This document shows positions 28,594 to 37,405 of a stretch of DNA of 64,000 bases, one piece after another. The notes beneath the pieces were generated by a model. The model ran no database searches, had not been told where the DNA came from, and was given only the letters and a program-made list of their open reading frames with translations. Positions within the stretch are counted from its first letter, which is position 1. The number at the start of each line of letters is the position of its first letter. Both the position numbers and the translations under genes were made by a program. The DNA lies in the sequence record PP400786, one strand, 5' to 3'. The stretch comes from Escherichia phage FL12.

Positions 28594-28619
28594 ATTATAC
28601 TCTAATAAATTAAAGCATA
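28594..28619 (-). promoter_or_regulatory. MotA-dependent middle promoter (TATGCTTTA-N11-TATAAT)
   Basis: MotA box consensus at -30 and TATAAT on the minus strand. Confidence 0.5.
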
Positions 28620-28631
28620 ATCTCTTATAAA

Positions 28632-30314
28632 TTAAACCATTACAGTAAATCGACCAACTTTCTTCATTTGAAGATGCTGACCATATTCTTGCGGGTCATG
28701 GTCTTTATGCGAAATTATAAAAACATTAGTGTTTTTCATTGAATTTATAATATTAGCTACACCTTTAATACCTTCGGCATCAAATGACCCATCAAACACT
28801 TCATCAAGAATTAATGTACTAATACTAACACCAGATACGATAGAAGCAATATCACGCCAAGTAAATAAAAGAGCAATATCAATTCTTGCTTTTTCACCTT
28901 CACTAAATGAAGCATAACTAAAATCTTCGCGACCACGGGATTTAATTGTCTCATTAAATTCTTCATCTAATGTAAACACATAATCCGCTTCCATTATTTT
29001 AAGATAATGGTTAATCTGCTTATTAAATAATGGAATGTACTTTTTAATAATAGCACCTTTAATACCAGAATCTTTGAGCATATCAGTCAAAATTCCTCGG
29101 TGGTATTTTTCCATTACTAAATTAGTTTTTGTCTTAACAATTTTATCAAGTTCTTCTTGAAGCAGTGCTATTTCATCAGCATGGTCAATAAACTCAGAAG
29201 ATGCTTTTTCTATAGCCGCTTTAACTTTTTTAGCTTTATCTACTGCTGCAATCAGAGATTGCTTTTTATTGCGAATATCATTTGCCAACGACTGTTGGGT
29301 TTTAATATTATCTCGGTATTCATCAACAAGAACTTTTAAATTATCACGATGCGTTGAAAGCAGTTCAAACGAATGCGTACATTCAGAAACTTTATCTTTA
29401 ATTTTAGAAACAACTTTATCACCGGAACTCAATTGTGACAAACAGGTTGGACATAATCCACCTTCGTGATACATATTAATGACTTTATTATATGAGTCAA
29501 TTTTTGATTTAATTAAAACTGCTTCTTGACCGATTTTATTAAATGCATCAGTCGGGTCTTCATCTAAAACAATATTAACTAATCTTTCATTAGCTTCTTC
29601 TATTTCCGATTTTAGCGTTCTAGCTTCTTTTGCCAAATCATCATACATATTTTGCAGACGAGTAAGGTTGTCACCCGTTAATTTTTTCTGGCGTTCAACG
29701 TTATCATTATATATTTTAATTTGTTGGATAATACTATCTTTTTTAACATCAAGCACTTGGTTTTGTGAATTTAATTCGCGTATTAGTGCTTTATTAAGCT
29801 TATCCATTTCAGCTAATGTTCCTACCTCGAGCAGGTCTTCCACAAGCTTTCTTCGCGCAGGGGTCGACAAACCCATGAAAGGGGTATACCCTGCTGTACC
29901 AAGGACAACAATCTGCTTGAAACTGGCATATGACATTCCGATAAGCTGTTCAAATTCTGCTTGGAAATCTTTGCTGCTGGCAGATTCATTAAGACGTGTA
30001 CCGTTAACGGTGATTTCGAAAACGTTTGGTTTTTGTCCTCTTTTGATATAGTACTTTTTCTCATCATATTCCATCCACAGTTCAACTAAAAGTTCTTTCT
30101 TATTTGTGCTGTTTATTAATTGACCTTTCTTTACATCGCGAAATGGCTTGCCAAAAAGCCCAAATGTGATGGCTTCTAACATAGTAGACTTACCACCGCC
30201 ATTTCGTCCAGTAATAAGAGTTTTTTGAACCTTATCTAATTGAATGTCAATCCCATTTTGACCAACTGACATTATATTTTTATATTTTACTCTATTAAGT
30301 TTAAAATTCTTCAC
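28632..30314 (-). CDS. 46: recombination nuclease subunit (Rad50/SbcC-like ATPase)
   Basis: 560 aa as T4 gp46; Walker A GRNGGGKST; zinc hook CPTC. Confidence 0.9.
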   Translation of the reverse strand: MKNFKLNRVKYKNIMSVGQNGIDIQLDKVQKTLITGRNGGGKSTMLEAITFGLFGKPFRDVKKGQLINSTNKKELLVELWMEYDEKKYYIKRGQKPNVFEITVNGTRLNESASSKDFQAEFEQLIGMSYASFKQIVVLGTAGYTPFMGLSTPARRKLVEDLLEVGTLAEMDKLNKALIRELNSQNQVLDVKKDSIIQQIKIYNDNVERQKKLTGDNLTRLQNMYDDLAKEARTLKSEIEEANERLVNIVLDEDPTDAFNKIGQEAVLIKSKIDSYNKVINMYHEGGLCPTCLSQLSSGDKVVSKIKDKVSECTHSFELLSTHRDNLKVLVDEYRDNIKTQQSLANDIRNKKQSLIAAVDKAKKVKAAIEKASSEFIDHADEIALLQEELDKIVKTKTNLVMEKYHRGILTDMLKDSGIKGAIIKKYIPLFNKQINHYLKIMEADYVFTLDEEFNETIKSRGREDFSYASFSEGEKARIDIALLFTWRDIASIVSGVSISTLILDEVFDGSFDAEGIKGVANIINSMKNTNVFIISHKDHDPQEYGQHLQMKKVGRFTVMV

Positions 30315-30574
30315 AAAAGATTCCTTTTAATGTATCTTTTAGACCATTCTATCATATCATCATAATCTAAAAAGTATTCATCAAATTCAGCCATGCAAAC
30401 AACACCTTGTGCTGCTTTTGATGTGATATAAATTATTCCAACATATCTAGAATCTTCTTCGGTATAATCAATATTTGCTATGAATTCATCATTAATGTCA
30501 AATGTCGAAAACTTCACAGTATGCATCCTTAATACAAGATACAGCCATATCTCGTAATGATTTAGGTGTGTCAT
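30311..30574 (-). CDS. small hypothetical protein (46.1 position)
   Basis: ORF track 87 aa. Confidence 0.45.
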   Translation of the reverse strand: MTHLNHYEIWLYLVLRMHTVKFSTFDINDEFIANIDYTEEDSRYVGIIYITSKAAQGVVCMAEFDEYFLDYDDMIEWSKRYIKRNLL

Positions 30575-30761
30575 TATCTAAAATGTTGAAGTTAAAAGAT
30601 ACAGCCCAGTCAGTGCAGACCGTGACCTTTTTAATACAATTATCTTCAACCTCTAGCGGTTCAAACCAATATTCAATAATTTCTTTATGACCAATATCAT
30701 CTTTTACTTCGCATTCAAAATGCTGACTCATCATAACATTTTTAAATTCATCAAAAGTCAT
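30498..30761 (-). CDS. small hypothetical protein (46.2 position); start probably internal
   Basis: ORF track 87 aa overlapping previous ORF. Confidence 0.4.
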   Translation of the reverse strand: MTFDEFKNVMMSQHFECEVKDDIGHKEIIEYWFEPLEVEDNCIKKVTVCTDWAVSFNFNILDNDTPKSLRDMAVSCIKDAYCEVFDI

Positions 30762-31777
30762 TGTGTTGCCTCTACATATAGCTGATTTGCATATTGAATA
30801 AGTGCTTCACGGTCAGAATCAGTGATGTCTGGAATTGCATTAATGTATTCTTCCATCAACGTCTGAAGCGATTGAACTTCAACTTCTTCACTGTCATCTG
30901 ACTCGACAGAGTTATCAATCTTTGACACAACTCGTAACGAATGCACAACTTTTTCTAGTTCAGATTCGAACTTCGTCAGATTTTTGTCTACTTCAGTTAC
31001 TATAACACGTACTGATAGATTTGTAAAATCTTTATAGTCAATTTTTCCTTTAAATGGATAATGAATTCTACGATGCCAGGTAGTATTGTTTGGAATAAAT
31101 TCCATTCGTTCTGTTTCTGTATCAAACATCCAGAACCCACGAGGGTCATTCTCGTCACCTGCAGTTAGTGTCCATGGTGTCCCAATATATCTGACGTTTG
31201 CAGCCTCAGAAATAGTATGGAAGTGACCAGACCACACTTCTTTATAAGTCTTAAGGAAATCAGGTTCAAGACCGTGAGATTTCATTCCTTTATAAAAATA
31301 AAATCCATTCAGTTCCCAGTGACCAACACAAAAAGAAGCAGATGAAGTTTTGATGTGCTCAAGAATTTCACCAGTATTTTCTTCGCACATCCAAGGAATC
31401 AAATCAATCAAACACCCGTCAAAATCTACTGTAGTAGGCTTATCATACACTTTAACATTAGGATATTTAGCCAAAAGCTCAGTAGAGGCATTTGGATGCA
31501 TTACATTTTTGTAGTGGAGATCGTGATTTCCTACAATAGTGTGTAATGTAATTCCAGCAGCATTAAGCGTTTGAACTATTTCACGGGCAAACTCCATAGT
31601 TTTATGTGTGATCGCTTTTCTCACATCAAAAATATCACCGTATTGAATCCAGGTAGTAATTCCATTTTTCTTAGAATATTCTATTGCTTGTTTAATTCCA
31701 TCAATTTGAATACCGCGAATCCACTCATCATCAGCTTTAACACCTAAATGCCAATCACCTAAATTTAAAATTTTCAT
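30758..31777 (-). CDS. 47: recombination nuclease subunit (Mre11/SbcD-like)
   Basis: 339 aa as T4 gp47; phosphoesterase motifs GDWH and GNHD. Confidence 0.9.
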   Translation of the reverse strand: MKILNLGDWHLGVKADDEWIRGIQIDGIKQAIEYSKKNGITTWIQYGDIFDVRKAITHKTMEFAREIVQTLNAAGITLHTIVGNHDLHYKNVMHPNASTELLAKYPNVKVYDKPTTVDFDGCLIDLIPWMCEENTGEILEHIKTSSASFCVGHWELNGFYFYKGMKSHGLEPDFLKTYKEVWSGHFHTISEAANVRYIGTPWTLTAGDENDPRGFWMFDTETERMEFIPNNTTWHRRIHYPFKGKIDYKDFTNLSVRVIVTEVDKNLTKFESELEKVVHSLRVVSKIDNSVESDDSEEVEVQSLQTLMEEYINAIPDITDSDREALIQYANQLYVEATQ

Positions 31778-31929
31778 ATATCAAGAACCGTCATTGAAAT
31801 GCAAAATAAAATTATTGAAATAAATCCATCTGGAGTGCTAAAGAACCCAATCCAACATGCTCTAGTGAGCAGATAAAATGCAAGAAAAAGTATCACATAT
31901 CCAAGAAATATCATTATATCAAACTCCAT
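31774..31929 (-). CDS. small hydrophobic membrane peptide
   Basis: Own translation 51 aa MEFDIMIFLGYVILFLAFYLLTRACWIGFF...; stop overlaps gene 47 ATG. Confidence 0.35.
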   Translation of the reverse strand: MEFDIMIFLGYVILFLAFYLLTRACWIGFFSTPDGFISIILFCISMTVLDI

Positions 31930-31937
31930 ATAAAGCT

Positions 31938-31955
31938 AAAGGGCCGAAGCCCTTT
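31938..31955 (-). terminator. GC hairpin (aaagggccgaagcccttt) at end of alpha-gt
   Basis: perfect stem, CGAAG loop, A/T flanks. Confidence 0.45.
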
Positions 31956-33156
31956 ATTTTGTAATAATGTCAAACTGTTCTTTAAAGCAGAAGCTTGAAT
32001 CTTGATGCTGATACAAAAATTCATATGCTTTTTCTCGCTCACGGTCATAAAGAACTCGGTCAGATGACAATTCTTTAATACGTTCAAATGTTGATTCCAT
32101 GTCATTTTCATCAAACCAAATGATACCGCTATCATGTGAGGTCAAAGGAGTATTATCAACACGGAATTTTAAATTTTCGCCAGTAGATTTCCAGAAAACA
32201 GGAATTGTACCGCAAGCACCTAATTCAAGATGAGTATATTCGAGTGAGCGTTGTAAGTATTTCTGGTTAAGTTTACTCAACTGATATCCAAAGCCAGATT
32301 TACTCATTCGTTCAAGCATTTCACTATTAATATAACAATCTAGGATTTGTGCCGGTTGATTCGGCGCGAGATTCATTTTATCAATCTCACGATTACCGTA
32401 ATATTCATGCGGAATACCTTTTTCCTTAATTGCAATAAAAGCAGGGGAACGTTCAAGACCTTCCATTACAGTGGATTTACCAGCAGGTTTTAAGAATTTT
32501 TCATGAAAATCAAACATCTGATAAAAACCTTTCCATGTAGTCGTACGACCAATCCAACGGTTGGTGTTCATGTTAATTTCAGAAACATCTTTCCAATAAG
32601 TTGACCGAACCTTCGCAATATCCATAGGAGGCTGAAAATTATATACTGTTGGTGCTTCTTCAATATCATCAAACAGAGAAACAGTTTCTGGATACCATTC
32701 TTTCATCAGAACTTTATTAAAATCACCATTATCAGAATGGCTAAAAATAACATCAGCTCGACGAACAGTTTCTTCTAATCCCAAATTTCGACGCAAAGAA
32801 AGAACAGAATGATCATGCTGATAAACTACAACACGAATAGAAGGTTTAATATTATCTAAAAGTTTTTTATAGTTATTAATCGTAGCTTCTTGAACGGAAG
32901 TAGCAGGAACAGAATTAATAATTAGAATATCACAATCATTTACCAGCTTAAGTGCTTTATCGTATTCTTTAGCTAAAATAACTGGAATTGAAAATGATTT
33001 GTGGTCATGAGAACTTGTACGAGTAAATGATTTATCTTTAGCATAAACCAAAGTTACTTCATGGCCATTTTTAATAAACCAATCACGCTGCTCAAGAGAA
33101 AATTTAGTTACACCGCAACCTTCAAGACCCCGAGCCAGAAAAATGCATACTTTCAT
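31954..33156 (-). CDS. agt: DNA alpha-glucosyltransferase
   Basis: 400 aa as T4 AGT; between 47 and 55. Confidence 0.8.
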   Translation of the reverse strand: MKVCIFLARGLEGCGVTKFSLEQRDWFIKNGHEVTLVYAKDKSFTRTSSHDHKSFSIPVILAKEYDKALKLVNDCDILIINSVPATSVQEATINNYKKLLDNIKPSIRVVVYQHDHSVLSLRRNLGLEETVRRADVIFSHSDNGDFNKVLMKEWYPETVSLFDDIEEAPTVYNFQPPMDIAKVRSTYWKDVSEINMNTNRWIGRTTTWKGFYQMFDFHEKFLKPAGKSTVMEGLERSPAFIAIKEKGIPHEYYGNREIDKMNLAPNQPAQILDCYINSEMLERMSKSGFGYQLSKLNQKYLQRSLEYTHLELGACGTIPVFWKSTGENLKFRVDNTPLTSHDSGIIWFDENDMESTFERIKELSSDRVLYDREREKAYEFLYQHQDSSFCFKEQFDIITK

Positions 33157-33207
33157 TTAATATCCTCTTTGTTTTGGTTTATTTTATCAAAAAAATTTAT
33201 AAAGCAA

Positions 33208-33227
33208 TATAGGAGCCGAAGCTCCTA
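33208..33227 (-). other. GC hairpin (ataggagccgaagctcctat)
   Basis: CGAAG-loop hairpin. Confidence 0.4.
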
Positions 33228-33401
33228 TCCACATAATACGCCATACAGAGGCTCATTAGAGCTTCTAAATTTTATGCGCTTATATGTTATAGTTTCTTCT
33301 GCTTTAGCTTTATCATGAGACTCTTTAAAGCGTCTCATCATTTCCTCTTTAGAGGAACGATTTTTATTATAATCTATTTCAGAAGTCTGGATGTTCATCT
33401 T

Positions 33402-33608
33402 TCATAACTGCCACCATTTTTTGACTTGATAAGAATCAACCCACACTTTCATATTAGGGTCTGCTCTTACAATAGGAGGATTAACTTCTTTAATTGAACT
33501 ATCATGGTATTCTTTTTCAGAAATTTTCACACAAAGATGACCATTCAAAGATTCAGTAAATCCTGCATTAATTTTAAGACGCTTGAATTTTACGTGTGTA
33601 AGCATCAA
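33402..33608 (-). CDS. small hypothetical protein
   Basis: ORF track 68 aa. Confidence 0.4.
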   Translation of the reverse strand: MMLTHVKFKRLKINAGFTESLNGHLCVKISEKEYHDSSIKEVNPPIVRADPNMKVWVDSYQVKKWWQL

Positions 33609-33891
33609 TCATATCCTCAATCTGCGATCTAGTAGTCTTCCAAAGAATACTAATGAGTTCATCGTTATATGGCTGTTTTAGAATATCCCGACTTTTCTTG
33701 ATAGCATATTCGTATTGAGCAAAATTATTATTTTCAGCTGCAATCTGAGCGTGCTTATAAAGACGATTCAGTTCGCGTTTGTTTTTAGACAATAACTTAT
33801 TTGCTTTTCTTTCTGCTTCAAGACGGTTCTTTTCTTCAATAGAAGAAATAAGCTTTTCCACTTCATCATTAATTTCGGGTTTATCAGTCAT
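33574..33891 (-). CDS. hypothetical protein
   Basis: ORF track 105 aa. Confidence 0.45.
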   Translation of the reverse strand: MTDKPEINDEVEKLISSIEEKNRLEAERKANKLLSKNKRELNRLYKHAQIAAENNNFAQYEYAIKKSRDILKQPYNDELISILWKTTRSQIEDMIDAYTRKIQAS

Positions 33892-33892
33892 A

Positions 33893-34111
33893 TTATTTCT
33901 CTAATATAAAATAAAAATCATCATCTGTTAATTGATACCGATAGTTTAATTCTACACCATTAGATTTAAAAGCGGTATCATACGGATTTTCTGGATCAAT
34001 ATCAATGTCAAGAGCTAAAACTTCCCTGAGATACATTTTAAGTAAATAGGGAATAGCTTCAACTTCAGGTATTTCTTCCAAGAATCCGGAGAGGTTAATC
34101 GTTAGCCTCAT
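33893..34111 (-). CDS. small hypothetical protein
   Basis: ORF track 72 aa. Confidence 0.45.
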   Translation of the reverse strand: MRLTINLSGFLEEIPEVEAIPYLLKMYLREVLALDIDIDPENPYDTAFKSNGVELNYRYQLTDDDFYFILEK

Positions 34112-34652
34112 ATAAAAAATCCAAACTAGGAGAATCGTCTACAACACTTTTCTTTTCAGCCCCCGGTGTTCTATAGGTTGATTCTTCGTAATGCGTCATT
34201 TTATCGTAGATGTCTTGAATAAAAGTTTCATCTACTAACGCAACCATATCGTCGTCACGACTGTCATAGACATTGTGAACGAAGTAACTATATTTCTTTG
34301 CAACTTCCTTACGTTCTTTTTTAATACGTTGGACGAATGCATTAAAACAAGCTTGAGTTATATACGCATGTGGGTTTTTATATTTCGTTTCATCAAAATT
34401 GTGAAGCCCCTTAATAGAAGCTTCTATACCATCTGCAATCATTTCTTGTTTCCAAGACTGGGTGTATCCTGAAAAGTTGAAACGTTTAGATAAGCCTTCT
34501 GCAATAAGCATAATGGCTAATCCGATAATATCATTTTGACGAACTACTTTATTTGGGTCTTTATTATTTGCTAGTTCTGTTTTCCAATCAATAATAGCTT
34601 GTAAAAGCTCTTTATTGTTTACGTAATTATATTTAGGCTTAGTTTCTGACAT
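34095..34652 (-). CDS. 55: late transcription sigma factor gp55
   Basis: start moved to ATG 34650-34652 ([20 protein letters not shown]; RBS AGAGGTGA) giving 185 aa as T4 gp55. Confidence 0.85.
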   Translation of the reverse strand: MSETKPKYNYVNNKELLQAIIDWKTELANNKDPNKVVRQNDIIGLAIMLIAEGLSKRFNFSGYTQSWKQEMIADGIEASIKGLHNFDETKYKNPHAYITQACFNAFVQRIKKERKEVAKKYSYFVHNVYDSRDDDMVALVDETFIQDIYDKMTHYEESTYRTPGAEKKSVVDDSPSLDFLYEAND

Positions 34653-34734
34653 TTTCACCTCTTAGCTCAATTCATAGATCTATTATATCATAATATTTGA
34701 AGATCTATCTTAAAGCATAGAGGATGAATCAATT

Positions 34735-34950
34735 TCAAGAATTCATCAGCTTAGCCGCTCCAAGAGCTGCATCTAGTGAATCAAATTGGTCAACATATTC
34801 AATCAATTCGCCGTAATTAGCATATAACCACCATTGGCTAAATTCATACTCAAGGATGAATCCATTTCCTTCAATTTGAGTTAAACCACTGCCATTTGTA
34901 TTTACTTCATATCCGGCAAGACGCAAATCGTTAATAAGAGCTTCGTTCAT
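34735..34950 (-). CDS. small hypothetical protein
   Basis: ORF track 71 aa. Confidence 0.45.
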   Translation of the reverse strand: MNEALINDLRLAGYEVNTNGSGLTQIEGNGFILEYEFSQWWLYANYGELIEYVDQFDSLDAALGAAKLMNS

Positions 34951-34952
34951 AA

Positions 34953-35279
34953 TTATACCTTAGTAATTTTCAGGTCTGCAAATTTTTTCTTGCGTTGATT
35001 TTTCATGCGACGAATAGTTTTATCGGAAATTTCATGCTTTTGATAAGCTTTAGATTCTACACCAAAAGCTTTAACATCAAATTCTGACAAGATATATTGA
35101 ACCAACAATTCACGGACAGTATTGCGTCCAATCTTCTGATCATTCTGTTTCATCGTTTGATGAAGCTCTTTTTCCCATTTATCCAAACTTTGAGGAGTTA
35201 CAATATCGCCTTTTTCTAGCAAAGAAACTACTTTATCATATGCGTAAGAATTAATGGCATTTTTAATTTGAATAGTCAT
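34953..35279 (-). CDS. hypothetical protein
   Basis: ORF track 108 aa. Confidence 0.45.
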   Translation of the reverse strand: MTIQIKNAINSYAYDKVVSLLEKGDIVTPQSLDKWEKELHQTMKQNDQKIGRNTVRELLVQYILSEFDVKAFGVESKAYQKHEISDKTIRRMKNQRKKKFADLKITKV

Positions 35280-35307
35280 ACATTATCCTCAATTACGTTA
35301 AAATTTT

Positions 35308-35323
35308 ATTATCCAAAAAGGGC
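35308..35323 (-). terminator. GC hairpin (aagggccgaagccctt) with T-run on the minus strand
   Basis: plus-strand AAAAA precedes the hairpin. Confidence 0.45.
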
Positions 35324-35335
35324 CGAAGCCCTTAG

Positions 35336-35533
35336 CTAAACTTTTTGGGCACCCTTCCAGCCTTCATACATCATTGCGGCTGATATTAATATTGCTCCTG
35401 AGCAACTCGAATATTTGTGATTCCAAAACCAGTTTAGAAAAACTTCATCATCAATACCTTGGGCTATCATATTTTCAAAGAACTGACGACGAGATTCGGC
35501 AATTCGCTGTGATAATTTAGATTCAGGATTCAT
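35336..35533 (-). CDS. small hypothetical protein
   Basis: ORF track 65 aa. Confidence 0.4.
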   Translation of the reverse strand: MNPESKLSQRIAESRRQFFENMIAQGIDDEVFLNWFWNHKYSSCSGAILISAAMMYEGWKGAQKV

Positions 35534-35752
35534 TTAAATTTCCCACCAATTGCCATTTTCATCAATAAATTTAATCCAGTCATTTACTGACCACTTGGTC
35601 GTATCGCCTTTTGGAGTAACATTTAAAGTATATAGTCCTTGTTTAAAAAGCATTCGTTTGATATTCATATTTTCCTCAGCTGTAACGATAGCACTCGTTT
35701 GATTTACGTTTAGCAACTCGTTGAGAAGTATTATAATCAAAATCATCGTCAA
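35534..35752 (-). CDS. small hypothetical protein
   Basis: ORF track 72 aa. Confidence 0.4.
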   Translation of the reverse strand: MTMILIIILLNELLNVNQTSAIVTAEENMNIKRMLFKQGLYTLNVTPKGDTTKWSVNDWIKFIDENGNWWEI

Positions 35753-35969
35753 TGTAAACTGATTTTTTCAACTTTCTTACTTCACCGCGTAATTGGCGAT
35801 TTAGCTCATCTTTAACTTCTGAATCAATACCTTTCATTCTACGCCATTTATCTGAGCGAAAAATGTTTTCAACCATATCTTTATGACTTACACCGTCTGG
35901 AGCTTTACGCTTTCCGAAATAGTCATAATCACGCACTTTTAAGTCTTTACGACGATACGTTTTACCCAT
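35676..35969 (-). CDS. small highly basic protein
   Basis: start moved to ATG 35967-35969 (MGKTYRRKDLKVRDYDYFGKRK; RBS AAGGAA), 97 aa. Confidence 0.4.
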   Translation of the reverse strand: MGKTYRRKDLKVRDYDYFGKRKAPDGVSHKDMVENIFRSDKWRRMKGIDSEVKDELNRQLRGEVRKLKKSVYIDDDFDYNTSQRVAKRKSNECYRYS

Positions 35970-36138
35970 GGAGTTTAATTTCCTTAGCAACTGAACTAAA
36001 TACAGCACGATCACAAATCATACGTTTGTTCCATTTAATCACAGTATAATGAACATCTAGATCATCGACTGCTGTAACAATAACGATATGTCCGTTAACA
36101 CGATAGTACTGGTCAATTTTAATCTCTTTATCAACCAT
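35962..36138 (-). CDS. small hypothetical protein
   Basis: Own translation 58 aa MVDKEIKIDQYYRVNGHIVIVTAVDD...; early promoter upstream. Confidence 0.4.
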   Translation of the reverse strand: MVDKEIKIDQYYRVNGHIVIVTAVDDLDVHYTVIKWNKRMICDRAVFSSVAKEIKLHG

Positions 36139-36168
36139 ATCAATTCCTCAAAGGTAATTCATATGTTA

Positions 36169-36198
36169 ATAATACCATGGTTTGAACTTGTTGTAAAC
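36169..36198 (-). promoter_or_regulatory. T4-type early promoter
   Basis: minus strand GTTTACaacaagttcaaaccatggTATTAT. Confidence 0.45.
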
Positions 36199-36279
36199 AA
36201 CTTTGTGAAAAATATTTTAGGGAATGATAAGAAAGGAACGATAGCTTAGAATGGTAATATACAGAATGTGAGAAAGAAA

Positions 36280-36293
36280 GGCCCAGAGGGCCC
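36280..36293 (-). terminator. GC hairpin after nrdH
   Basis: ggcccagagggcc. Confidence 0.35.
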
Positions 36294-36296
36294 GTC

Positions 36297-36605
36297 TTAG
36301 TCTTCTATGATATCTCTATCATATCCAAGTGAAATGAGAGTTTCTTTGAAGTGTTTAATGTTCTTTTGTCTAGAATCATTAATGAAAATGACTGGATAAC
36401 GAATGTTAAGAGATGTGAATCCAGCGCGTTTAGCAAGAGATACAATCAGTGGACGATCATACTCAATCTTACCATTATTTGTAAGAACTTTATAGAAAGT
36501 AAAAGGAGCATTGAGCTCCTTTAGAAGTTTTGTAACTAATTGACATCCAGGACAACGACCTACTTCATCTGGAATTCCATAGACTTCAATCTTATTTTGT
36601 TTCAC
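36297..36605 (-). CDS. nrdH: glutaredoxin-like NrdH
   Basis: 102 aa; CPGC redox motif; upstream of nrdG/nrdD. Confidence 0.7.
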   Translation of the reverse strand: MKQNKIEVYGIPDEVGRCPGCQLVTKLLKELNAPFTFYKVLTNNGKIEYDRPLIVSLAKRAGFTSLNIRYPVIFINDSRQKNIKHFKETLISLGYDRDIIED

Positions 36606-36607
36606 AA

Positions 36608-36844
36608 CTATTCCTTACTAAGAGCAGCATTCAGCTTGTTAGTAATTTTATCCAGACGCTCATTGAACTCACTAGAAGATAGTCCTTTTTCTGGAGAAAT
36701 CAAACTAATCACGAAAAATATAGCAATAAAAGGAATAAGGAAAATAGCTCCAACTGCCATAAACAAAAAGAATGTTACGGTTGTAAGAAAATCAGCTAAA
36801 CCTTTACGAAATTTATACATATTTACCCTTAATTGATTAACCAA
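36608..36844 (-). CDS. small membrane protein
   Basis: ORF track 78 aa; hydrophobic core TFFLFMAVGAIFLIPFIAIFFVISLI. Confidence 0.4.
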   Translation of the reverse strand: MVNQLRVNMYKFRKGLADFLTTVTFFLFMAVGAIFLIPFIAIFFVISLISPEKGLSSSEFNERLDKITNKLNAALSKE

Positions 36845-36934
36845 GCATTGATAAGCACTAAACTATATTGCGAATAAAATTCTGGACCAAAATGAAAAAT
36901 CATATCATTTATAGTGTCCATAATATAATTCAAT

Positions 36935-37405
36935 TTAATCATGTTTCCACACCCCATCGGTATTTGACCAAAGTCGCTGATTATCTGATCCTCGCCACAG
37001 CTTTTTGGTCGGAAGATTTTTCTCATACTTCCCATCAATAATAACATCAACATATTTAAGCATTTCTAGTTGTTTAATATCTTCAAATTTATATCCTGTC
37101 CACAACCAAATGCTTTTATTGGGATAAAGATTTTTTACTGTTTGAACAATGCAATGAACAACATCTCGGTTATCAGGATAGAGAGGGTCTCCTCCAGTTA
37201 TAGTTAATCCTTCTATATAATCATTATTCAAACATTCAATTAATTGTTCTAGTGTTTCACCAGTGAATGGAACGCCATTTCTAGCGTTCCATGTTGATTT
37301 ATTATAACACCCTTCACATTTATGCAAACAACCTGTAACGAAAAGAACGACCCTGCATCCAGGGCCATTCACAAAATCGCAAGGATAAAATCTATCATAA
37401 TTCAT
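36935..37405 (-). CDS. nrdG: anaerobic ribonucleotide reductase activating protein (radical SAM)
   Basis: 156 aa; CLHKCEGC CxxxCxxC motif. Confidence 0.85.
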   Translation of the reverse strand: MNYDRFYPCDFVNGPGCRVVLFVTGCLHKCEGCYNKSTWNARNGVPFTGETLEQLIECLNNDYIEGLTITGGDPLYPDNRDVVHCIVQTVKNLYPNKSIWLWTGYKFEDIKQLEMLKYVDVIIDGKYEKNLPTKKLWRGSDNQRLWSNTDGVWKHD